From: Alphaproteobacteria bacterium
GTDB lineage: Bacteria; Pseudomonadota; Alphaproteobacteria; SP197
Assembly: GCA_965228895.1 (NCBI GenBank)
Contig: OZ245842.1
Location: 2,432,001 to 2,496,000, forward strand
DNA: 64,000 nt
Reading direction: 5' to 3'
Made by a program: the position numbers and the translations under genes. Below the pieces are notes generated by a model. That model was given only the letters and a program-made list of their open reading frames with translations. It was not told where the DNA came from and did not search any database. Position 1 is the first letter of the stretch, and every line of letters starts with the position of its first letter. Positions 50,353 through 58,806 of the stretch are shown here, piece after piece.

Positions 50353-50565
50353 ATGGCAAAGGTCGTTGTCGAAGACTATCTGGTTGCCTGGAACACCGGC
50401 CAGGATGTCGGGGCGATAAAAGTCAAAGGCGCGGGCAAGAGAACCTACAAGAAGGTGAAGCTGACCAGCGCCCACGAATTCTCAGCACTCCTTGCCCTGC
50501 TGCAGGGACCGAAGATTGTCTATTACGATGACAAGACAGGCAACTTCGGCACGACAAAAAGCTGA
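50353..50565 (+). CDS. Small hypothetical protein (70 aa)
   Basis: Strong purine-rich RBS (GAGGGAGAGGAAGAG), coherent codon usage. Confidence 0.7.
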   Translation: MAKVVVEDYLVAWNTGQDVGAIKVKGAGKRTYKKVKLTSAHEFSALLALLQGPKIVYYDDKTGNFGTTKS

Positions 50566-50615
50566 CAGCCAGACCGTCGGGTCCGCTGACAGTTCGTCGC
50601 CCCAGACACGCGTGC

Positions 50616-52439
50616 CTACTCCGCCGCGACGACCTTCTTTTCGTCGATTTCGGCCTGGTGTTTGGCGCGGGCTTCGGCCTCGCCCTTGGCCTTGGCGACG
50701 GCGGCGCGGGATGACTCATTGAGCGCGAACATCTCAAGGTCTTCCTCGGTCGCGTCGTCGACCGGGGTCAATGCCAGGTCGGTGTAAACCTTCGACGCCG
50801 GATCGTTCTGAATGCGCTTCCTCAAGCGGTTGATCTTGAGCGCGTAGAGGCCGATCGCACTGTATTTGACGAGACTCTCGATCAGGTATCTCGGATAGAA
50901 GACGATCAGGTTCTCGCGCGGCAGTTCGGGCCGGCGCTGGGTCCGGACCTTGCGCCGGAAGTAACCGCACTGTTGCGGGTGCACCTTCTCGTACTTCATG
51001 GCGCAGTGGATCTGCAGGCAGTTGATCATGACGCCGTGGGGTTTGATGCCGCTGGCGACCGCGCGCTTCATCAGCCGCTCGACGTGATCGGGACTGTAGT
51101 AGACGTTCCAGGCTTCACGATAGAGGTCGTCCCACTCTTGTTCCGACATCTTGGAATGTGCCGTCGTGACATGTTCGAGATCATACTTGTTCATGTCCGG
51201 GTCCATCCACACGCCGTTCGTGTGGAGCACCTTGTGGTCCTCGGATCCCGGCAGCGGCGTCAGGATGGTGAAGCCGAGCAGATCGACCGGCAGCTCGCGT
51301 TTGATGATGTCGATATCGCGACGCACGGTCTGAGGCGTGTCTTCGGGAAAACCGATAATGAAACCGGCATAGGAGATGATGCCGTGGTTGCGCCACTTCT
51401 GCAGCATCGTGCGGTATTCGGTGATCCGGTTCTGCGCCTTCTTGGCGGCCTTCAGGTTGTCCGGGTTGATGTTCTCCAGTCCGATGAAGACACGCTTACA
51501 GCCGGCGCGGCGAGCCTTCTCAACGAAGTTCTCGGTCTTGTGGGCGAGCACGTCGACCTGGATGATGAAGCTGATGGGGATCTTGTGGTCCTCGCGCAGC
51601 TCGATCATGCGATCGAAGATCTCTTCCCAGTTCTTGTTGCGCGCGAAGTTGTCGTCGCTGATGAAATAGCGCGTGATGCCCTGGGCGTGGTTGGCGCGGA
51701 TGATCTTTTCGACATCGTCGCCGGACCGGTAACGCGAGATACGCCCCTGCACGTTGATGATGGTGCAGAACGAGCACTGGAACGGACAGCCGCGCCCGGC
51801 ATCGAAGCTGGCGTGGGAGCCGTCATATTTATGGACGAACTGGTCGGGCAGAAACGGCGTCAGCTGCTCCTGCAACGTCGGCAGCTTGTGCATGTAGTTG
51901 TAGACCGGCTTCAACTCGCCCCGGTCGGCATCGCGCAACACCTCGTCCAGATGCTCCTCCGCCTCGCCGGCGAAGATCGAGATGCCCATATCCATGGCTT
52001 CCTGGATGTCCGGCGGCACGTCTTTCAGCATGGCGAGACAGCCGGAAACGTGAAAGCCGCCGACGGCGCACTGAATGCCGGCGGCGCGGAACTGGCGCGC
52101 CAGATCGACGGCGCGTGGGAACTGGTTGGACTGCACCCCGACCAGGCAAACCAGGCCGCGATTATCGTTTTCCTTGAGCCGGCGGATGATCTGCTTGACC
52201 GGCACCACCGTGTTGACCTCGTCATGCGGGTTGATGACGAGCTCGGTATCATCCCCCAGAATCCTACGCTCGGCCATGACCTGACCGATGCCATAAAGGC
52301 AGGCGAGCGAATTGGACGGGATCCACGCCTTCGCCCACTGAATGACATAACCGTCGTCGTCGTAATGCGATGGCTTGACGAGTTCCAGATAGAATTTCTT
52401 CGTCGCGGTCGCGGCAACTGTCTCGGTGCTCTGTTGCAT
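50616..52439 (-). CDS. B12-binding-domain radical SAM protein
   Basis: GRGCPFQCSFC (CxxxCxxC), VGGFHVSG, GEAE, DDNF, GLE, IIGFP. Confidence 0.88.
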   Translation of the reverse strand: MQQSTETVAATATKKFYLELVKPSHYDDDGYVIQWAKAWIPSNSLACLYGIGQVMAERRILGDDTELVINPHDEVNTVVPVKQIIRRLKENDNRGLVCLVGVQSNQFPRAVDLARQFRAAGIQCAVGGFHVSGCLAMLKDVPPDIQEAMDMGISIFAGEAEEHLDEVLRDADRGELKPVYNYMHKLPTLQEQLTPFLPDQFVHKYDGSHASFDAGRGCPFQCSFCTIINVQGRISRYRSGDDVEKIIRANHAQGITRYFISDDNFARNKNWEEIFDRMIELREDHKIPISFIIQVDVLAHKTENFVEKARRAGCKRVFIGLENINPDNLKAAKKAQNRITEYRTMLQKWRNHGIISYAGFIIGFPEDTPQTVRRDIDIIKRELPVDLLGFTILTPLPGSEDHKVLHTNGVWMDPDMNKYDLEHVTTAHSKMSEQEWDDLYREAWNVYYSPDHVERLMKRAVASGIKPHGVMINCLQIHCAMKYEKVHPQQCGYFRRKVRTQRRPELPRENLIVFYPRYLIESLVKYSAIGLYALKINRLRKRIQNDPASKVYTDLALTPVDDATEEDLEMFALNESSRAAVAKAKGEAEARAKHQAEIDEKKVVAAE

Positions 52440-52691
52440 TGGCTAACCCCTGCGCCAAGTGGCGCACGATGAATCCTGTGCGCCAAAAAGGAATGAGACC
52501 AAAACGAAAGCTGTTAATTCACCGTCACATAATTGAAATGGAAAGTAAATTAGAACCGGTCAAACTCCGGGTAAGTAGAAAACCGTCTCGGACTTTCAAT
52601 TGCCAAGCAAGTATTGGCGACTTCGACGGTTCACACCGCCGCCAAAGCCCAGCTTGCTCCGCGTTCCCACATCGCTGGAACGTGCCGCACC

Positions 52692-52949
52692 ATGACGGAT
52701 AGAACCATCAAACGCCGCACGATCCTGGCCGGCACCCTCGGCAACGCGCTGGAGTGGTACGACTTTGCCATCTACGGCTTCATGGCGCCGATCCTGGGCC
52801 AAGCCTTCTTTCCGGCCGAGGACAAGGTGGCCTCGCTGCTGGCCGCCTTCGGCGTCTTCGCGCCGATCTATTACTTCATGGCGGTGGCGCTTCTGCAGTT
52901 CATCGCGCTGCTGGGTCTGAAGGAGATGGCCGGCAAGCCGTTGCTGTGA
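52692..52949 (+). pseudogene. MHS-family MFS transporter remnant with in-frame internal deletion
   Basis: N-terminal GNALEWYDFAIYG...FFP motif joined directly to a C-terminal-type APIYY...LKEMAGKPL segment; only 85 aa. Confidence 0.8.
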
Positions 52950-53005
52950 CGGCGGACCGACCGCAGGACGTTGGCCGCATGGCCTCCCTGCCGGGTTGTG
53001 GCGGC

Positions 53006-53446
53006 CTAGCCGAGGTCGATCGGCGCGGAATCGGGCAGAAAGTGGTGATAGCTGTTGATGTACAACGCGATCTTCAGTTCGCGCGATGGTAGCCGCTGAA
53101 CAATCCAGTCTTCACCGACAACACACTTGATCAGCCCACCTTGCGCCGATCCAATGGGCCGGCCCTCCCAATAGACGGCGCCGACAGCGCGAGCGCGTTC
53201 CGGCGCGTCGCACAGCGGCGAGATGTCCCAGGGCTCCAGGACGACATGCCTTTCGTCGGTCAGCTTCTGGTGAATCTCATAGTTCGTCTGGAGCGAGATA
53301 TCCTCGCCGTGCGGGATGAAGATCCGAGGCTCCGGGTGCAGAAAAAACGCCGCCTGGTCGTCCGCCGTCCCTTTGTCGAACATGACGACGTCGTGGAACG
53401 CCTTCATCAGCGTGATGACGTCGTCCTTGGTAATCGCCATGACCAA
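53006..53446 (-). CDS. Hypothetical protein, possibly SnoaL/NTF2-like fold
   Basis: Helix-then-strands pattern, VGEDWIVQR...LKIALY; GGGGG RBS-like stretch; host-like codons. Confidence 0.6.
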   Translation of the reverse strand: MVMAITKDDVITLMKAFHDVVMFDKGTADDQAAFFLHPEPRIFIPHGEDISLQTNYEIHQKLTDERHVVLEPWDISPLCDAPERARAVGAVYWEGRPIGSAQGGLIKCVVGEDWIVQRLPSRELKIALYINSYHHFLPDSAPIDLG

Positions 53447-53601
53447 GCCCCCCGCTTCTCACGACACCGAAACCGTCTCACGTCCAGGTTCCGCCGTCCA
53501 TGGTTGAGGCCTTATCGCGCGCCGGGAACTCGGTCGAAAACAGAAGCCAACAACACCTCGTTTAATAGGTGAAGGAATCTAGTTAACTAATTGAAAACAA
53601 A

Positions 53602-53678
53602 TGGCGTGCCCTCCTGGATTCGTACCTGGCACCTACGGCTTAGAATGCCGTTGCTCTATCCAACTGAGCTAACGATGC
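53602..53678 (-). pseudogene. Degenerate copy of tRNA-Arg(TCT) (att-like direct repeat)
   Basis: Aligns without gaps to 56828-56904 with 8 mismatches in 77 nt; T loop TAC instead of TTC; acceptor stem disrupted. Confidence 0.9.
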
Positions 53679-53727
53679 TTGGCTGACGCTGCGTGGGATG
53701 ATCTGCTTGTTTAGCGGTCATCCGCAC

Positions 53728-55815
53728 TCAAAGAAGGGTGCATTCCAAAAGCTCAATATCAGAGTTGGTGAGCATACGGCCCTCTGCCATGAGCCTGCGT
53801 ATGTTGGCGACGCCTATGTCTATGTCATAAGTATCTATCACATTATGAACTCGTTCTACGATAGGAGCGGGGACCCCCACTTCCTCAAGAGCTTTCGAGT
53901 TCCCCGGAAGGCCCCAGGACGAAATGTCTGCCAAGAACTTACTGTAATTGCAATGTTCATCAGCAGGTAGGGCTGCATTAACAATGTTCTGAAGCATCTC
54001 TAATGGCTCAAAAAATGAATATTCAACGCCTCGAAGGAAATTAAAAGCCAGATCCAAACTCTCGCCTGTGTCGTCTCCATTTGCCACATTGACAAGAAAC
54101 TCCTTTATTGTCTCGCTACGTTGAAGTTTGTTGGCTAGGAAGGCAAACTGTCGAGCAGAACGAACCCCGTGCTTCTCAAAATCGACACGCCCCCAGATTG
54201 CTTCAACACTTGTCAACACCTCCCGATATCGGCCAACACCAACCCACACAAGAGACCTGTCACCTAGCTCAATACGACTTGAAACATCCAAGTAGATGTC
54301 TTCGACCTGTTCTAGACCAAACTTTGCATAGCGAACAAGTATGTCATCTGGCACCTCGACCTGATCGAGTATCTCCACGCGCCGAACCTGATTTCTTTCT
54401 GACAGGCGAGTCTCTGGCATCTGAAGGACCGCCTGATCGGAAAGTTGATCCTTCGACTTCAGTAGAGGAATATCGAGCGCCTCATAAGTTGCTGCTGGGG
54501 GCTCATTGAAAAGGTAGACACGGCCAACGAAGTGTTGAAACATTCGACCCGCACGACCCTTGATGTTATCGTATGTAAAACGATCTAGTTTTCGTCTACT
54601 TATATATTTGTCATAAATAACAACGTTCTCAGCTACTGTATTAACCCCCTCAATAAGTGACGAGGTACACAACAGGACTCTAATCAGACCGAGATTGAAC
54701 AACTGCACCATTAGGTGACTTACAGCCCTTGGCACACGACCGTGGTGAATACCAATGCCACACTCTAGTGCATCGGCGACGTACCACTCATCATGATAGT
54801 TCTCGCGAAGCCAGTCAGCCAGGCGCTGCACAGTGGCGTCTTCTGTAACGACGCCGCGATCCATAAGCTCGCGGCACACAGTCCTGGTAGACTTTGGAGA
54901 CCGACAGTAAACGAGAGACGATCCGCTAATCTCGTCGCGTAGCAGATTGGCCAGCGTATCAGGATCTGTCCCTGGAGGATCTACGCGAATGACATCAGCC
55001 GTTACAGGCGAATATGTTGTCCTAACAAATTCAAAGTTCTCGCGCTCTGTCTGATCGACTGGATTAGTTTCGATAGACGGTCCAAGAAGGTACACCTGCT
55101 CAGCCACATCTATGTATTGGGCAAGTAGTGTATTGAGCGCACGCGCCCGTGCATCCCCATTTGTCAAATCAAGCTTGTAGAACTCATCAACCACGAAGAG
55201 ATTTGGCGATAGGTCCTCGTGTCTCTCCAGAATACGCTCTTGTGTACCGATTATGATTGTCTTTTCGGCGTGCAGTTCTTGAAAGCTCTGTGTCAATATA
55301 TGGTACTCCGGGAAACGAACGGCTAGAGTACGGCGACGTTCTTCCAACAGTGCGATTGTTGGCACAACAATTATCACTAACTCTGGTTGTTTCGATGCTA
55401 TAAGAGCATCAACCAACAGCGTTTTCCCAAAACTCGTTGGAGCAGAAAGAACCAAATTCTCTCCATCTATCAACTTAGAGAAAATGCGTCTTTGCTCAGA
55501 GTGAAAAAAGAAGTCTATTAGACCAGGGACCCGGTGAAACTCACGGGCAACATCATTACGAAGATCCTGCTCTTCTCCCAGGTACGGATACAACCCAGCT
55601 TCTCTGACAAAACTGTCAACTATCTGACTTGCCCCCGGAAGGACTCTTTCGAAATCTTCAACTCTATTAATTAGGCGGATTGCAATTTCTACGTCTTCGG
55701 CAATTTCTCTTTCACCGTTTAGCCAATATCGCGAAGCTCTGTCGAGTAACTTAACAACATCAGCGCTTTCGATTTCGCTCTTCTCTATATCACTAAGTAA
55801 ATCTGGGTTGATCAT
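53728..55815 (-). CDS. hamB: Hachiman helicase HamB (Ski2-like SF2)
   Basis: SAPTSFGKT, VPTIAL, TQER, DEFYK, GIHHG, TSSLIEGVN, NIKGRAGR; ATGA-coupled to hamA. Confidence 0.87.
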   Translation of the reverse strand: MINPDLLSDIEKSEIESADVVKLLDRASRYWLNGEREIAEDVEIAIRLINRVEDFERVLPGASQIVDSFVREAGLYPYLGEEQDLRNDVAREFHRVPGLIDFFFHSEQRRIFSKLIDGENLVLSAPTSFGKTLLVDALIASKQPELVIIVVPTIALLEERRRTLAVRFPEYHILTQSFQELHAEKTIIIGTQERILERHEDLSPNLFVVDEFYKLDLTNGDARARALNTLLAQYIDVAEQVYLLGPSIETNPVDQTERENFEFVRTTYSPVTADVIRVDPPGTDPDTLANLLRDEISGSSLVYCRSPKSTRTVCRELMDRGVVTEDATVQRLADWLRENYHDEWYVADALECGIGIHHGRVPRAVSHLMVQLFNLGLIRVLLCTSSLIEGVNTVAENVVIYDKYISRRKLDRFTYDNIKGRAGRMFQHFVGRVYLFNEPPAATYEALDIPLLKSKDQLSDQAVLQMPETRLSERNQVRRVEILDQVEVPDDILVRYAKFGLEQVEDIYLDVSSRIELGDRSLVWVGVGRYREVLTSVEAIWGRVDFEKHGVRSARQFAFLANKLQRSETIKEFLVNVANGDDTGESLDLAFNFLRGVEYSFFEPLEMLQNIVNAALPADEHCNYSKFLADISSWGLPGNSKALEEVGVPAPIVERVHNVIDTYDIDIGVANIRRLMAEGRMLTNSDIELLECTLL

Positions 55816-56663
55816 TCAAACGCCCCCAACTTATTCTGAAAGTCCGTCTCGAGTGAGTGCTTCGAGGCTAAGGGTATGTAGATCGCGACGACCCTAACGC
55901 TCTTTGCGATCGCCGATTTCGCGAGCCGGTCATTTATGTAGTCATACTCTTCAATGACGAAACTCGAGTAGTTTTCCTTGCACGTTTGATAGTTCTTTGC
56001 AGCCTCACTCTCGGAGGCGATCAGTACCGGTACGACGATGCGTTCGACGAGCTCGTCTAGAGTGTTTCCGTCGTCAAACAACCACTGGAGTTTGTCGTAA
56101 CCCGGTGTGGAAGGTTCTATCTTTGGGCCAATCAAGATTTTCGTTTCTTCTAGAAAACCTTGATCAAGATGATCTTTGAGGCTGGAAAGAGCGGCTGAAA
56201 CTGCTTGGCCGGTATCACTGTAGAATTTTGCCTCTCCTAGCCAGAGCTCTATTTCGCCACTTGTGTCTTCGTATGTGACCAGTGCGGAGTCAAAACCCGT
56301 AACTTGATCATTCGGTCGCATTTTATAGAAAAGGCGCGATACAAAAGCATAAGCACGGTACTCCGACACACAAACTATATGGAGCAACAACTCGCCAATC
56401 TCTCCACGATGCTTCGCGTTTTCTTTCTTGAATACTCGGAATGCAGCCTCCTTTAGAAGCTTGTAAGCATTCTCGGGGCCGATTTGCTCAATCTCCGACG
56501 GCCGAAGCGCAAACTGGGGCAACCAGTTGATAAGGTGTTCTGCAAGTTTCTTAGAGCGCCATACGCCTAGCTCAAATCCGGCACATGCAGCCAAGCCGGC
56601 AACATCAGAGTTATCGTCACGGTGAAGAACTGACAAAAACTTATCTGGCAACTCTAGGGGCAT
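55812..56663 (-). CDS. hamA: Hachiman nuclease HamA (DUF1837)
   Basis: WR...L...WLPQFAL, RGEIGELLLH, GFD, LWLGEAKFY (D..ExK nuclease motif). Confidence 0.87.
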   Translation of the reverse strand: MPLELPDKFLSVLHRDDNSDVAGLAACAGFELGVWRSKKLAEHLINWLPQFALRPSEIEQIGPENAYKLLKEAAFRVFKKENAKHRGEIGELLLHIVCVSEYRAYAFVSRLFYKMRPNDQVTGFDSALVTYEDTSGEIELWLGEAKFYSDTGQAVSAALSSLKDHLDQGFLEETKILIGPKIEPSTPGYDKLQWLFDDGNTLDELVERIVVPVLIASESEAAKNYQTCKENYSSFVIEEYDYINDRLAKSAIAKSVRVVAIYIPLASKHSLETDFQNKLGAFE

Positions 56664-56704
56664 AAATCAGAGATTCAGCTAAGACCTTATCATTAACTAA
56701 CCGA

Positions 56705-56732
56705 ATAGTGGCTAGAGGCGGCTTTTTGTCAA
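56705..56732 (-). promoter_or_regulatory. Putative sigma70 promoter of hamAB
   Basis: Minus strand TTGACA-N16-CACTAT about 40 nt upstream of the hamA ATG. Confidence 0.5.
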
Positions 56733-56827
56733 CCAGAAGCAACAAATGCAGCCTTGTTCTGCTATCTCAGGCAGGCGCAAGACGACACGAGGTCGATAGC
56801 GAACACAAAGGTCTTTAGTGCAAGAAA

Positions 56828-56904
56828 TGGCGCGCCCTCCAGGATTCGAACCTGGGACCTACGGCTTAGAAGGCCGTTGCTCTATCCAACTGAGCTAAGG
56901 GCGC
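56828..56904 (-). tRNA. tRNA-Arg(TCT)
   Basis: GCGCCCT/AGGGCGC acceptor, ACGGC-CT TCT AA-GCCGT anticodon arm, GGTTCGAATCC, CCA. Confidence 0.97.
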
Positions 56905-56923
56905 GCGGGGCCGCCGGCGGGTC

Positions 56924-57217
56924 TTAAGGCCGCTGCCAGCGGAAATTGTCGGCGTAGGATTTCGGTCTCACCCGGCGTTCGTGCAGATCCTCGACCCGGT
57001 AGTCGATACCGTTGCGCTCGGCATAGGCGATCGCGTCCTCGCGGGTGTCGAACTTCAGACGCAACTGATCGGCCTTCATGTCCGACGAACTGGTCCAGCC
57101 CATCAGGGGATCGGCGGTCTTGCGCGAGCCGGCCTCATACTCCAGGACCCACTGATGGGTCTTGGCGCGGCCGGACTGCATGGCCGTCTTCGACGGTCTG
57201 AAGATACGCGCGGTCAT
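56924..57217 (-). CDS. ETC complex I subunit (NDUFS4-like)
   Basis: ARIFRPSKTAMQSG, DPLMGWTSS, KSYADNF. Confidence 0.92.
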   Translation of the reverse strand: MTARIFRPSKTAMQSGRAKTHQWVLEYEAGSRKTADPLMGWTSSSDMKADQLRLKFDTREDAIAYAERNGIDYRVEDLHERRVRPKSYADNFRWQRP

Positions 57218-57261
57218 GGTTCACTTGCGCCTTTCGTCATCACCCCAAAACCCTTCCTCGG

Positions 57262-57290
57262 TCTATAGCGAGCCTGGGTGGCAGGCGCAA
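57262..57290 (-). promoter_or_regulatory. Putative sigma70 promoter for the NDUFS4-like gene and tRNA-Arg
   Basis: Minus strand TTGCGC-N17-TATAGA. Confidence 0.4.
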
Positions 57291-57345
57291 GCCGCGCCAA
57301 TAAATCTTTACAGATGAGGCACCTAGCATCATTTTAGGGCATCCT

Positions 57346-57483
57346 TAGAGCAGATCCTGTTTTGAGGACATCGCTTCGCGATGGCATCGAGACAGGTGAA
57401 TCTGCTCTATTTATAGATGGAGAGCGGATTCACGTGTTTAGGTGGAACCGACAAGCGGTTCCACCGAAACACGATCCGCTCTA
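57346..57483. repeat. Composite intergenic palindromic element (two hairpins with AGAGC...GCTCTA ends)
   Basis: 57346-57409 TAGAGCAGAT...ATCTGCTCTA; 11-nt spacer; 57421-57483 AGAGCGGAT...GGTGGAACCG-ACAAG-CGGTTCCACC...ATCCGCTCTA. Confidence 0.85.
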
Positions 57484-57496
57484 GGGGGAAAAACGG

Positions 57497-57856
57497 ATGC
57501 TTCGCCACGCAGTACCCATGGTTTTGCTCGCCGCAGCGGTCACGCTGGGCGGCTGCGGCTATCACCTTTCGGGCCGGTCTTCGACCGCCAGCGGCGTGAT
57601 CGCCTCCGCCGAAGACGGCGATCCCGTGTCCCAGCGCACGCTGGGCGACATGTACTATTGGGGCGAAGACGTACCGCAGGACTGGGCGCTGGCGCTGGCT
57701 TATTGGGAACTTGCCGCCGAACAGGGCGAACCCCTGGCGATGGAGCGCGTCGAAGACATGTGGACGGGCGAGCCGGTCCTCGTCGTCTCCGATGGCGGCG
57801 CAGGCCGGCGGACCTTCGCCTCGACGGTCGAGGCCATCGAAGGCGAGCCGCTCTAG
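57497..57856 (+). CDS. Lipoprotein with a single Sel1-like repeat
   Basis: Lipobox LGGC; GDPVSQRTLGDMYYWGEDVPQDWALALAYWELAAEQG. Confidence 0.8.
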   Translation: MLRHAVPMVLLAAAVTLGGCGYHLSGRSSTASGVIASAEDGDPVSQRTLGDMYYWGEDVPQDWALALAYWELAAEQGEPLAMERVEDMWTGEPVLVVSDGGAGRRTFASTVEAIEGEPL

Positions 57857-57926
57857 GCGACAAGCGCCGCCGCCCTCGTGATGTCCTCTCGACGAGCGCC
57901 CACGCACACGTGAACACGACGCCCTG

Positions 57927-58595
57927 GTGATCAAGCTCTTCAACAGTCCCGCCTCCACCGCGATGTCGGCGCACGCCGCGCTGGAAGAAACCGGCTGCCC
58001 GTACGACAACCGCTGGGTGGAAATTGACGTCCCTCTGGCGGAGCGGGACCCGGAGTTTCAGGCGCTGACGCCCCACGGTTCGGTACCCGTGCTGGTCGAT
58101 GACGACGGCACCGTGGTCTTCGAGGGGACGGCCATTTTGATCTATCTCGCCGACCGCTTTCCCGAAGCGGGACTTGGTCCGGCCGTGGGCGATCCCGGCA
58201 GGGGCGACTTTCTGAAGTGGCTGACCTACATGACGAACACGCTGCAGGTCGCCATGCAGGTCTTCTTCATGCCCGAGAAGTTCACGACGTCGAGCGCCGG
58301 GCACGAGGCGATCTCGGCCAACGGCATCGAACGGCTCGACGAAAGCTGGCGTTTGATCAATGCGGTTTGCGCGGAACCCGGGCCCTATGTGCTGGGCGAG
58401 ACCTTCAGCGCCTGCGATCTGCACCTGCAGATGCTGACCCTGTGGCACCGTGACGTCGCGGCCATGCGGGCGCGCTATCCCCATGTGAAACGTTGCGCCG
58501 AGCTGGTGGAACAGCGCCCGGCGGTCAAGCGTATCATGAAGGACCACGGTCCCGACTGGACGACACACCACCCGGATTATCCGGGACCGCCCTGA
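57927..58595 (+). CDS. Glutathione S-transferase family protein
   Basis: PHGSVPVL, EGTAILIYLADRFPEAGL, GETFSACD. Confidence 0.9.
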   Translation: MIKLFNSPASTAMSAHAALEETGCPYDNRWVEIDVPLAERDPEFQALTPHGSVPVLVDDDGTVVFEGTAILIYLADRFPEAGLGPAVGDPGRGDFLKWLTYMTNTLQVAMQVFFMPEKFTTSSAGHEAISANGIERLDESWRLINAVCAEPGPYVLGETFSACDLHLQMLTLWHRDVAAMRARYPHVKRCAELVEQRPAVKRIMKDHGPDWTTHHPDYPGPP

Positions 58596-58806
58596 GGCCT
58601 GGCGCGTGCAGGGTGTCGATGACAGCGAACGCGTAAGCGGCGGAAACGGCGCACGCTCTCACAAATTGATCTCCGAATTGTCTCGGTAACTCTACCTAAT
58701 CGTTATCGTCCAGACCGGCCGCATCCGCTAGAACATCGGCACTATCGACGTCCTGCGGGCGCGCACGCATACGTTGCTGCATCGACTGACAACCTGATGT
58801 GGATCC

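Larger units (their letters stand above)
53602..56904 (-). mobile_element. tRNA-Arg-anchored defence islet (no integrase)
   Basis: Visibly AT-rich 3.2 kb segment bounded by direct repeats of tRNA-Arg; contains only hamA-hamB. Confidence 0.8.

Noticed and set aside
52579-53479. Shared 10-mer AAACCGTCTC (about 52580 and 53470) as boundaries of a second cassette
   Set aside because: Too short to separate from chance, with no associated recombinase or inverted ends
53607-53646. Roughly 8-nt periodic mismatches in the pseudo-tRNA (53607, 53615, 53623, 53630, 53646) as a guide-RNA-like signature
   Set aside because: Only five events, the period does not match the 6-nt Cascade pattern, and no cas or Tn7 genes are present
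56770-57291. 12-nt direct repeat GGCAGGCGCAAG flanking tRNA-Arg and the NDUFS4-like gene
   Set aside because: One copy is explained as a -35 region; a single GC-rich 12-mer match is weak evidence of a duplication
57346-57483. Palindromes as a CRISPR array or simple terminators
   Set aside because: No repeat-spacer periodicity, no cas genes, no poly-T tails; they lie upstream of genes rather than after stops
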